DNA of 64,000 bases, from assembly GCA_949927585.1 (NCBI GenBank), contig CATLFA010000004.1:11385-75384 (forward strand), written 5' to 3'. The position numbers were made by a program, and so were the translations under genes. Under the pieces are notes generated by a model that was not told the DNA's origin, made no database searches, and worked only from the letters and a program-made list of their open reading frames with translations. The DNA comes from an uncultured Clostridiaceae bacterium (GTDB taxonomy: Bacteria > Bacillota > Clostridia > TANB77 > CAG-508). Of this stretch, positions 1 through 9,433 are shown one piece after another (position 1 is the first letter of the stretch; every line of letters begins with the position of its first letter).

Positions 1-662
1 TTAAACTAAATAGGATATTTCCATTTGTTATTTTATATAATATTCTAATTGGTAATATAGAAAAATTCTGTGATATGAACATTAAGTTGCTACCGGAAAA
101 TATTATTTATTATAAATGCTATAACGCAAAGCACTCCTACTAAGCCTGCAAAGTATTTTATATCTTGCTTTTCTAATTCTATATATCTTGTTTTATTTAC
201 TAATATTCCTAAATACACCATTATACCATGATACAAAAAGCTATGAATGCTTAAAATGTGAAATGCTGGGTATGTTGGTAATGAAGTTGATGGATATAGT
301 ATAAATACTACTCCTCCTATTACTGAGCCAACCATTAAAAATACATCTCCTGCCCTTTGAAATTTACCTTTTCCAAATGAACTAAGTAAACAAGCATATA
401 TTAGCATACTACAATAATATAGTGGTAAATACGAATTTACTTCATATAATGAATTTAATGATATGCTATAAATTATTTTGAAAGCCTCTAGTATACATAT
501 AACTAATGTTATTTTTTTTATTATTTCATATATCTCTTCTTTGCTTTTTTTTATTGTATGTTTTAGTGCTACATAAATTCCTATTATTGTTATACTAATT
601 AAAGCAAAATGTCCTTTAGTAAACATTCCACATGGTGCATATTTTCCTATACTTGAAAACAA
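1..662 (-). CDS. YwaF/TMEM164-like membrane protein (3' end runs off window); +1 shift at CGGT 92-95
   Basis: Hydrophobic ORF with LPLYYCS and HSFLYHG motifs; triplet frame ends TTC CGG TAG, skipping the C gives F-G-S-N-L-M-F-I-S and an open frame to the window edge. Confidence 0.7.
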
Positions 663-827
663 TTCTTATTCATCTTCTTTCTTTTTTTACTTATATTATT
701 CTATAATATACTATTTTTTAATTTATTATACAAGTATATTTATAAATAAAAATACATATATATTAATAAAAGATTTTAGAATAAGGTTTCTAACTTCCAA
801 CTTCTATTTTTGAAAGAGGGTATTTAT

Positions 828-1367
828 ATGTTCATATATAATATAAAATTAAGTGGTACTAAAATGTTTAAATTTATATTTGTAATAATTATTACTTTTG
901 TAATTTTACTGTGTGGTGTTGTTGGTTATAAACTTTATAAAGCTAGTGTTAAAGTTAATGATGATATAAGTTGCAATGGAGTAACTGAACTTACAAATAA
1001 AAATTACTCTACAATTTTAAAAACTGTTCATGAAAATATTGATTCTTATGTTGGACAAAAAATTAAATTTTCTGGTTTTGTATATAGAGTTTATGACTTA
1101 GAAAAAGAACAATTTGTTTTAGGTAGAAATATGATTATTTCTTCTGATTTTCAAACTGTTGTAGTTGGTTTTTTATGTCATTATAAAGAAGCCGAGACAT
1201 TACGTGATAATGTATGGGTTGAGATAGAAGGTACTATTACTAAAGGAACTTATCATGGAGATATGCCTATACTTGAAATAAATTCTTTAAATAAAATTGA
1301 AAAGCCTAATGATGAATATGTATATCCTCCAGATGAAGATTATATTCCTACTTCTGTAATTTTATAG
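828..1367 (+). CDS. TIGR03943/DUF1980-like membrane-anchored protein
   Basis: N-terminal TM segment then GQKIKFSGFVYR...WVEIEG...P..EYVYP pattern; ATG at 828 chosen. Confidence 0.55.
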   Translation: MFIYNIKLSGTKMFKFIFVIIITFVILLCGVVGYKLYKASVKVNDDISCNGVTELTNKNYSTILKTVHENIDSYVGQKIKFSGFVYRVYDLEKEQFVLGRNMIISSDFQTVVVGFLCHYKEAETLRDNVWVEIEGTITKGTYHGDMPILEINSLNKIEKPNDEYVYPPDEDYIPTSVIL

Positions 1368-1419
1368 TTTTAATATAAAAATAAAGAAACAGCCATTATA
1401 GCTGTTTCTTTATTTTTAT

Positions 1420-1596
1420 CTAACTGAGTGTAATTACAAAATCGCCATTTTCGTATACTCCAGATGCAGAGTTCTTTTGTGCCATGAAGTACAGAATTGC
1501 CATATTGGAATATCCCGCTTCCTCCAGTACTGTTACTCTGTTCCGTTTTCCAACCAAGTCGGTTTGTGACAATGTGTTGCTTCTAACTTTGATCAT
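1420..1596 (-). CDS. small orphan protein (58 aa)
   Basis: GGAGG SD, own promoter-like region, downstream hairpin 1379-1418; in-frame triplet CGG at 1543-1545. Confidence 0.5.
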   Translation of the reverse strand: MIKVRSNTLSQTDLVGKRNRVTVLEEAGYSNMAILYFMAQKNSASGVYENGDFVITLS

Positions 1597-1692
1597 AAGC
1601 AATACCTCCGTAGAATTTGTTTATTTTTGACATATAACTATAATAACATAATATGAACTAAATTGCAAGCTTTTTTAAAAATTATGTTAATT

Positions 1693-2790
1693 TTATTCTC
1701 TTTCGAAAATTGCTTTTGCAACTCCCTTATCTATCATCGCACTAAAAATATTCTTCAATATAATTAATATAACTGGCCCAAATAGTAATCCTAAAACACC
1801 TATTATTCTAAAACCTGTATACATTGCTATTAATGTAAAAATTGGATGTATCCCAATTTGCCCTGCTACAATACGTGGTTCCATAAATTGTCTTACCATA
1901 CACATAACTATTAATAGAACTATAAGCGATATTCCTAATGTCAAATCTCCATTAAATCCTGCTATAACAGCCCATGGTACCATAACAGCTGCTGAGCCAA
2001 AAATTGGTAGTGCATCAACAAAAGCTATTCCTAGAGCTGCTAATAATGGAAATCCTACATTTAAACCTGCTATTTTAAAAATATATAGGCCTATTAAGCA
2101 TATAAAAAATGAAATAAAAATAAGTATTACTTGTGCTTTTAAAAGTGCACCTAAAGAACTTGAAACTTCTCTTACAAATTTTGATATTCTTTTTACCCAA
2201 GTTTTAGGAAAGTGATGTTCTAGTTGGTCTAACATATATATTTTATCTGTACATATAAAATATAAAGATAATATTGTAATAACTACATATATTATTATTG
2301 TTGGTATAGAAGTAATAACTTCTAATAAATTTGTAAGTACTCCTTTTGCCCAATTAGTTACTCCATTTAATATATCAATTGCTGAATTTTGTATAATATT
2401 CATTATTTCTCCTGATAAATGTAATTTACTTAAATCTATCTGTGATATTAGCGTTTCAAATCTATTTGAAATAACTTCAAAGTATCCATTTAATCCATTA
2501 AGTAGATTATATGATTCTGTGGTAAGTGACACTATTCCCCATATTAATAATCCAATTATTATGGATAGAGAAACAACAAATACTATAATTGCACTCGTTT
2601 TTCTTTTTAAGTTTAATCTCCTCATAAAAAATCTAATAACTGGCTCTAATATGAGTGATAATACAAAAGCAATCAAAAATGGCATATAAAAAACAGCAAA
2701 TTTGAATGCTAAATATATACCTAAAATACTTAAAATAAAAACTAAAAGTTTTTTAAAGACTTTTGACCAATAATTCATATCTATTACCAT
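1693..2790 (-). CDS. ytvI: sporulation integral membrane protein YtvI (AI-2E family)
   Basis: Multi-TM protein with DALPIFG, RQFMEPRIV and GIHPIFTLIAMYTG motifs. Confidence 0.85.
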   Translation of the reverse strand: MVIDMNYWSKVFKKLLVFILSILGIYLAFKFAVFYMPFLIAFVLSLILEPVIRFFMRRLNLKRKTSAIIVFVVSLSIIIGLLIWGIVSLTTESYNLLNGLNGYFEVISNRFETLISQIDLSKLHLSGEIMNIIQNSAIDILNGVTNWAKGVLTNLLEVITSIPTIIIYVVITILSLYFICTDKIYMLDQLEHHFPKTWVKRISKFVREVSSSLGALLKAQVILIFISFFICLIGLYIFKIAGLNVGFPLLAALGIAFVDALPIFGSAAVMVPWAVIAGFNGDLTLGISLIVLLIVMCMVRQFMEPRIVAGQIGIHPIFTLIAMYTGFRIIGVLGLLFGPVILIILKNIFSAMIDKGVAKAIFERE

Positions 2791-2995
2791 AGTAATCTCC
2801 TATACATACTTTTATATAATTGTATGTAGGTTGTCCTAAAATTATACGTATAAATATAAGGATTTGATTGTAGGAACAGGCCTTGTGTCTGCCCATTATT
2901 TAAACAAATTGCTAAATTTTAATAGTTGTGTATTATTTTTAAAAATCGGGTGGACGCAATGTCCACCCATACATTAAATTTACATTTTGATTTAT

Positions 2996-3436
2996 CTATT
3001 CAGCATTTTTGTCATTACATTTACATATTGTTTCTAAAGTATTTGAAACGCTTTCATTACTTACATTATTATTTTTAGCCAAATCACCTAATGTTATTAT
3101 TCCTATTATTTTATTTTGTTCATTTACTACTGGAAGTCTTCTTATTTGATATTTACACATTAAATCTTCTGCTTCTTTTATATCTGCATCTGAACTGCAG
3201 CAACAAACCTTACAAGTCATTATATCACTTACTTGTGTATTTTTAGCATCTTTATCACATGCTATACTTCTCAATATAACATCTCTATCTGTAACTAAAC
3301 CTACTACATTTTGCATAGTATCACATACTGGCACGCAACCTACGTGATTACTGCACATTATTTTTGCACAATCTTGAACTGTGCTATCAGGTGTAACACA
3401 GCAAACATCATTACACATACAATCTTTTACTTTCAT
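2996..3436 (-). CDS. CBS-domain protein (YhcV-like)
   Basis: MKVKDCM..., GLVTDRD, IRRLPVV, GIITLGDL: tandem CBS domains. Confidence 0.85.
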   Translation of the reverse strand: MKVKDCMCNDVCCVTPDSTVQDCAKIMCSNHVGCVPVCDTMQNVVGLVTDRDVILRSIACDKDAKNTQVSDIMTCKVCCCSSDADIKEAEDLMCKYQIRRLPVVNEQNKIIGIITLGDLAKNNNVSNESVSNTLETICKCNDKNAE

Positions 3437-3640
3437 TATTAATACCACCTTTCAAAAAAATTACATTAAAATAAATTTTAATAATATTATTTTGTCCGTT
3501 TTGATATTTAATATGTGTGTAATTTATTTCATTGACACTTTTTGCCGATTTTAGAAAAATTTAGAAAAAATTTGCAGTTAATAGACTTTAATTCTAAAGT
3601 AGCGCGAAGGAAGTAATATATTTTATTTTTGTAATGAAGA

Positions 3641-4162
3641 CTATCTTAAATTTATTATATCCTCATCATTTTTTATGTTTTCACCTAAAAATATATAGCA
3701 ATTGTTGTCTTGTTTCATTGCTTCTAGTGCTATTTCTTTGTCTTCTCTTAATGTAGTACTTGCATATTTTACTATAATTCCCTTATTTTTCACAGCTTCT
3801 AATACAACATCTCTATCATCTCTCATATTTGGATGTGAAAAATATAGTATTTGACCACTCTTTTTAAGTCCAGCTATCAAAAGTTCTTTATCTAGTAACA
3901 AATTTTCTCCTACATAACAATAAGTCCATCCAAGTTTACTTACAGATTCATATACTATTTCTCTATCGTCTTTTAACTTACTACTTGCAAATTCTAAAGC
4001 TTCTCCATTATTTTTAACTGCTTCAAATACTATTTCTCTATCATTTCTTAATTCTTCGCTTGCAAACTCTAATAACTTTCCGTTTTCTTTTACTGTTTTT
4101 AATACATATTCTCTATTATTTGAATTATTTTTTATATTCGTTATTTCTATTGGCTCTGGCAT
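3641..4162 (-). CDS. DUF4116 repeat protein
   Basis: Repeated 'ASxxLxxDREIVxEAVKxxG' units. Confidence 0.8.
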   Translation of the reverse strand: MPEPIEITNIKNNSNNREYVLKTVKENGKLLEFASEELRNDREIVFEAVKNNGEALEFASSKLKDDREIVYESVSKLGWTYCYVGENLLLDKELLIAGLKKSGQILYFSHPNMRDDRDVVLEAVKNKGIIVKYASTTLREDKEIALEAMKQDNNCYIFLGENIKNDEDIINLR

Positions 4163-4276
4163 TTTATTACTCCTTTTTATTGTACTTATTTTATAATTTT
4201 AATTTATATTCATATATTTCTTAGTATGAATTTTAACTCTTTTTTAAATTTTTAGCAATATTTTTTAGTAAAAGTG

Positions 4277-4305
4277 TTGACATTAACATAATTTCATGTT
4301 ATAAA
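4277..4305 (+). promoter_or_regulatory. sigma-A type promoter for the tRNA-like operon
   Basis: TTGACA (4277-4282), 17-nt spacer, TG-extended TATAAA (4300-4305). Confidence 0.75.
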
Positions 4306-4325
4306 TAGGTTATCCGAAATTTTTA

Positions 4326-4399
4326 GGCTCAGTAGCTTAGTTGGTTAAAGCACTCGGTAGTCAGCCGAGCATTCGTGGGTTCGAGTCCCATCTGGGTCG
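4326..4399 (+). tRNA. atypical tRNA, Asp(GTC)-like, A at position 33
   Basis: Cloverleaf: GGCTCAG/CTGGGTC acceptor, GCTT/AAGC D stem, CTCGG-TAGTCAG-CCGAG anticodon arm, GTGGG-TTCGAGT-CCCAT T arm, G73; no encoded CCA. Confidence 0.75.
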
Positions 4400-4425
4400 T
4401 TATAACGTAAATTTACGTTTATTTT

Positions 4426-4500
4426 AGGGCAATAGCGTAATATGGAAACGCACTACTCCCACAAGTGTAGAGAGCGGAAGTTCGAGTCTTCCTTGCCCTA
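4426..4500 (+). tRNA. atypical tRNA with 18-nt anticodon arm; identity ambiguous (Val CAC or Gly CCC folds)
   Basis: AGGGCAA/TTGCCCT acceptor, GCGT/ACGC D stem, GGAAG-TTCGAGT-CTTCC T arm, A73; anticodon arm CTACTCCCACAAGTGTAG is one base longer than canonical. Confidence 0.7.
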
Positions 4501-4547
4501 TTAGGAATTACCCTTTGATGGTAATTCCGTATGACTGGTGTCTGGTC

Positions 4548-4591
4548 AAAAAAAGAGCCAAAGTAATTTTTTATTACTTGGCTCTTTTTTT
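4548..4591. terminator. bidirectional intrinsic terminator
   Basis: AAAAAAAGAGCCAAAGTAAT...ATTACTTGGCTCTTTTTTT hairpin with A/T tails between convergent units. Confidence 0.8.
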
Positions 4592-4640
4592 AGATTTGTT
4601 TAATATAATTAGTAAAATCTATATAATATATTTTGTAACT

Positions 4641-5256
4641 TTAGAATTTAAAATAATCTTCATAGTCTCTAGGTTGTGGTCTTGGAGGCATTCCTGGTCC
4701 TCCGTGGGAATGGTGGTCTTCCATGTCCTGGAAATGGTGGCCTTGGTCTTGGTGGTCTATGTGGAAATCCTCCTCCTAATATTCTATTTAGTATTAATAT
4801 CCTTATCAAATCTCTTAATAAAGGATTATTTGGTCTTCTTTGTCTATTTTCTACCTCATTTACTTGTCTTGTCATTTGTTCAGCATTATTCGTGATATTA
4901 TTAACTTGACTTACTTTTGCATTAGTAGTTCTATTTTGTTGTACTTCTTTCTGTACAATATTATTATCTATGTTAATTTTTAAGTAAATTTCATTATTTA
5001 TATCTATTTTTTGATATACTTCTTCTACCATATTTTCTATTACTTCTTTTGTAATAGGTGTATTACTTCTTTCACACACTTCACATACCACTGGATTTAT
5101 TTTTTTATAAATTTCAGGATACATGCTTTCTAATTCACTATTATTTTGATAACTTACAGTATAATCTCTATTTTCAATAACATAATTATCATATGTAGCT
5201 CCTACTGGGTATCCAAGAACACTTCTCATATAATCTTCATAATTTTGATAATACAT
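4641..5256 (-). CDS. hypothetical protein with Pro/Arg/Gly-rich tail (spore-coat-like); +1 shift at CGGA 4701-4704
   Basis: MYYQNYEDYMRSVLGY...LRDLIRILIL...PPRPRPPFPG; skipping the C continues PGGPGMPPRPQPRDYEDYFKF*. Confidence 0.7.
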
Positions 5257-5339
5257 AGTTTTCCTCCTTTTACTTTTATGTATTATCGTATTCATTTGCT
5301 TTTAATTTTGTGCATATACACTTTTATATTTATTTTATA

Positions 5340-6741
5340 TTATAATTCATTAACAAATTCTTTAAATTTATTTCCTCTTTCTGCAAAGTTTTTGAAAGCA
5401 TCAAAACTTGCACTTGCTGGTGAAAGTAAAACTATATCTCCTGGCTTTGCTTTTTTATTTGCTAATTTTACAGCTTCTCCGCATATTTTCTACATAGCAT
5501 ATTTCTACTTTTTCTCCACCTACTGCTCTTCTTGTTGCTTCTTCTATTTTTGTTGCTGTTGGCCCTGTTAATATTAATATTTGTACTTTATTTGCTATTG
5601 TTTCTCCAACTTCTTTATAGTCTAAGCCTTTATCTGAGCCACCAGCTAGTAATATGATGTTTTCATCAAATGCATTTAGTCCTGCTATTGTACTTGCTGG
5701 GCTTGTTCCTATTGAATCATTATACCATTTAACACCATTTTTTTCTCTTACAAATTCTAACCTATGTTCTACTCCATTAAATTCTTTTATAACTTGAATT
5801 GCTGTTTCTAAACTTACTAATGAACTTGTTGCCGCTAATGCTGTACATATATTTTCGTAGTTATGAATTCCTCTTAATTTTATTTCTTCTTTTTTTATTA
5901 AGTGTCTTCTAACTCCATCTTCACAATATTTTATCATTCCATCATTATTGTCATATATAAATCCATCTTCTAATTTTTCTTTGCTACTAAAGTATATTAC
6001 TTTTCCATTTGCTTCTTTTGAAAATTCACGAGTATATTCATTGTCATAGTTTAGTACAACAATTCCTTTTTCATTTTGATGTTTAAAAATATTTTTCTTT
6101 TCTTCTCTATATTCTTCATATGAGCTATGTACATTTAAGTGGTCTGGAAATATATTTGTTACAACACTAATTTCAGGGCTAATATTCATATTAGTTAATT
6201 GAAAACTGCTCATTTCTAATACTATTATATCTTCTGGTCTCATATCCTTTATTTGTGTAAAAATTGGTTTTCCTATATTTCCACCCAAGAAACATTTATA
6301 ACCTGCTTTTTTTATTATTTCATATATAATTGATGTTGTAGTTGTTTTTCCTTCTGTTCCTGTTATTCCAATTACTTTACTTGGTGTTAATTTTAATACC
6401 ATTTCAATTTCAGAAGTTACTAATGCTCCTCTTTCTGCTTCTGACTTTATTTCTTTTCTATATGGCATTACTATTGGTGAACGGAAAATAATGTCAAAAC
6501 CTTTCAAATTTTGTAGGTTATTATCTCCTCCAAAATATTGTATGTCATATTTGTCTATCTTTTCTATTATATCTTTATCTAATTCTGCTTTTTCCTTATT
6601 ATCAAAAACAGATATTTTACAAGCTAGATTATGAAAATAGTCTAGAAGTGGTAAATTACTTACCCCTAAACCTATAATTGCTATTTTCTTTCCACTAGCA
6701 AATTTATTAAATTGTTCTAATTTTTCATTTTTAAATTCCAT
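5340..6741 (-). CDS. murD: UDP-N-acetylmuramoyl-L-alanine:D-glutamate ligase; +1 shift at CGGA 5478-5481
   Basis: [18 protein letters not shown] motifs; C-terminal [19 protein letters not shown] lies in the +1 frame; joined length 466 aa. Confidence 0.95.
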
Positions 6742-6858
6742 TTGTTTTCTCTCCTTTTTTATTATAAATTGGATGTAGAATGTCGAAATAGTAGTATTTA
6801 TAACATATAGAGTAATCTTTTCTATTGTTTTGTTTTCTTTTCAGGTACAAAATATTGT

Positions 6859-7530
6859 TTAAATTTCTTTTATGTATTCACATACTTTATTTGCTGATTC
6901 TAGTGCTGTTTTGCATTCAGTAACATCAACTGTTATTGTATTTGCATATGTTTTATAAAATCCAGACTTTTCTTGTAATTCATCTCTTTTAGCAATATGT
7001 GTTTTTAGCTCTTCTAGGCTTACTTCATTGTTATACTGTTTTAACTTTCTTTTTGCTCTTTCTTCTAAAGAAGCAGTAATAAAAAAGTGATAATCTAAGT
7101 CTGGATATATTTGCATAAGTGCTCTTCCTGACACTATTACATTATATTTTTCTTTTAAATTATTTATGATGTTTCTTGCAAAAATAAATAATTCTATGTT
7201 ATTTGCTATGTTACTTGCAACTGATACTGCCATTGATGTTTCCTCATTTTGTAATTTTTTTTCTTCTATTTTCTGGTTTTCTACATATACTACTGTTTCA
7301 CTATTTTCTAATTCTATTTTTACGCCTAGATCTTTCATTACTTTTGTAATATCAATATTTTGTAATGTTTTAATATTTTTGTTTTTACTAATAAATGCAT
7401 ATACTATTCCTCTGTACAAGTTTCCTCCATGTAAAATAACACTATTTGGAATTTTTGAAAGTAATTCCCTACATATAGAAGTTTTTCCACTTCCTACTAA
7501 GCCTTCTATTCCTATTACTATATTTTCCAT
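6859..7530 (-). CDS. cmk: cytidylate kinase
   Basis: GLVGSGKT P-loop, GNLYR, SGR, ASLEERAKR, RD motifs. Confidence 0.8.
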   Translation of the reverse strand: MENIVIGIEGLVGSGKTSICRELLSKIPNSVILHGGNLYRGIVYAFISKNKNIKTLQNIDITKVMKDLGVKIELENSETVVYVENQKIEEKKLQNEETSMAVSVASNIANNIELFIFARNIINNLKEKYNVIVSGRALMQIYPDLDYHFFITASLEERAKRKLKQYNNEVSLEELKTHIAKRDELQEKSGFYKTYANTITVDVTECKTALESANKVCEYIKEI

Positions 7531-7713
7531 ATTATCATTCCTTTTTTATATTCTTATGAAAGTCATATGCGATAGCGATTACGTTTTCTAATAAGATTGT
7601 TATGGAAGAATTAGATTTTCTTAGCTGGTTTTTGCCACTTAGAAAATATTATTCTTGCTTTTTTATTTATAAAGGCATTATAACATATTTTTTTAATTTG
7701 TAAAATAGATGGT

Positions 7714-8019
7714 TTATATTTTAATTAAGTTTATGTAATTGGATTTTTGTGGGTATATATTTAAGATATTAATATTGTTATTATTTATAGAATATAAAAT
7801 AACATATTTTGAAATAATAATTTTTCTAATTTCTTTTTGATTAATTATTTTTATTACTTGATACATTCTAGGATATTCTTGTAGATATAAAATTTTCAAA
7901 CGAAATTCTTTTTTTATTCTTTGAGATAATGGAATTGAATAATTTGAAACATTTTCAATTATTTGATAAAAATCTTCTGAAAATGAAGGAGATATGATTA
8001 GTTTATTTTTAATAGGCAA
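7714..8019 (-). CDS. type II toxin, RelE/ParE family
   Basis: LQEYPRMY...IRKIIISKYVILYSI...ILNIY pattern; overlaps upstream acidic ORF. Confidence 0.7.
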   Translation of the reverse strand: MPIKNKLIISPSFSEDFYQIIENVSNYSIPLSQRIKKEFRLKILYLQEYPRMYQVIKIINQKEIRKIIISKYVILYSINNNNINILNIYPQKSNYINLIKI

Positions 8020-8239
8020 TTTTTATCTCCTCATTTTCAGTATTCTTATGTTCTTTTTCAATTCTTTCCATTAGCTCATCTAATTTTTTCATAAATACTT
8101 CTAATGGTATTCCTTCAATTTCACCTTTGTCTAATTTCTCAGCAAGTTCGGCAGCTTCCATTATTTTTCTTTCTTCATATTGTTTATATGGCATGATGTT
8201 ACCATTTTCGTCTCTAAAATCATACATACTTGTAATCAT
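8009..8239 (-). CDS. putative antitoxin
   Basis: Small acidic ORF directly upstream of and overlapping the RelE/ParE-like gene. Confidence 0.55.
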   Translation of the reverse strand: MITSMYDFRDENGNIMPYKQYEERKIMEAAELAEKLDKGEIEGIPLEVFMKKLDELMERIEKEHKNTENEEIKIAY

Positions 8240-8399
8240 TTTTTTATATTCCTTTCTTTATTTTATATTATATATTTTAATATATAAATATATACTTGTC
8301 AAACAAATTTTTGCGACAATTTTTGACATATTGTTTTTAGTATACATTTATAAATTTCAGGTCACAATATAAATATAATTAGAAAGGTGGTGCATTTTT

Positions 8400-8513
8400 A
8401 TGTCAGAAAAAAATAATAAAAACAACAAAAAAAATAATAACAACCAAAAAAATAACCAAAATAATCAAAACAGAAATAACAATAACGAAAACAACAATAA
8501 CAATTGTAGATAA
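8400..8513 (+). CDS. 37-aa Asn/Lys/Gln-rich peptide
   Basis: SD GAAAGGTGG, ATG 8400, MSEKNNKNNKKNNNNQKNNQNNQNRNNNNENNNNNCR, hairpin terminator 8517-8560; not in ORF track. Confidence 0.55.
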   Translation: MSEKNNKNNKKNNNNQKNNQNNQNRNNNNENNNNNCR

Positions 8514-8558
8514 GAAAAATAGCACTCCCACAAATATAAAATTTGTAGGAGTGCTATT

Positions 8559-8870
8559 TTATACTTCAAAAGCTGTTATAAAGCAATATACTGCTATCCA
8601 GAACTTATATGTAAATGAAGAACGAACATATACTTCATAATTGGTAAGCCATCTGTGCTTATCCTCTGGAGTAATATAATTATATCTTGAATCTTCATAT
8701 ATTACATAACCAGAAGATGAACTTTTTGAACATATTTCATGTGTTTTTGCTTTATGATTCTTTTCTAACCGTTTTAATACTTCTTTGCTAGTACCTCTTG
8801 CTAAAACTTTATCGGTATTATCCAAAGGTAAGCCAAAGTTCTCAATATTTTTTAAGGTTACTTTAATCAT
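8559..8870 (-). CDS. orphan protein
   Basis: GGGAGG SD; in-frame triplet CGG at 8769-8771. Confidence 0.55.
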   Translation of the reverse strand: MIKVTLKNIENFGLPLDNTDKVLARGTSKEVLKRLEKNHKAKTHEICSKSSSSGYVIYEDSRYNYITPEDKHRWLTNYEVYVRSSFTYKFWIAVYCFITAFEV

Positions 8871-9082
8871 TCTCGTTCCTCCCTAATTCTTTTTCAAGTG
8901 AATTTTTAAATCTTCTTTTTTCATCTTTGACTCTTAAGAATATCACCTTAATATTGCCTTTCTCCGCTTATTTTTTGTTTCGTTTGAAAAATCTTTCATA
9001 TACAAAACCCTCCTTTATATATTTACTTTTTTAAGTTACTTGCATTATATTATCACATTTTACATAATTTTGCAAGAGTAAA

Positions 9083-9134
9083 AGGGCATAATTCGGTATT
9101 CTTTTAAGTTTTCTTTACCGATTAAGCCCCTATA
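9083..9134. repeat. palindromic intergenic repeat AGGGCATAATTCGGTA...TACCGATTAAGCCCCTA (second copy 22648-22700)
   Basis: Two copies with identical arms and different loops. Confidence 0.8.
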
Positions 9135-9433
9135 ATTTTTATTATTTATGTTTTGTATTTGTTTTAGTTTTCTATCTTGTTTCCGCAATGGGGACAGTCC
9201 CTCTTGGGACATCTTCGATTACCCAAGGGGGTGCTTTTAGTTTCTTTACTTCTTGTTCTTTTCTACCCTTTGTACTTTCTTTGCTTGGTTTCCGATTGGG
9301 TACATTTGTTATTTTTTCTACATTATTTTTATTTCGTATTATTTTTTATTTTCTGTCTTGTTTTAGTTGCCCAATCTAACTTTTTGGCACCCATTCAGGG
9401 ACAGTCCCCATTGCTACCCATTGCTACGTATTG

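Noticed and set aside
4326-4500. These tRNAs as the direct CGGW decoder
   Set aside because: Neither shows an NCCG anticodon in a loop; the GCCG in the first lies in the stem. Kept only as atypical tRNAs.
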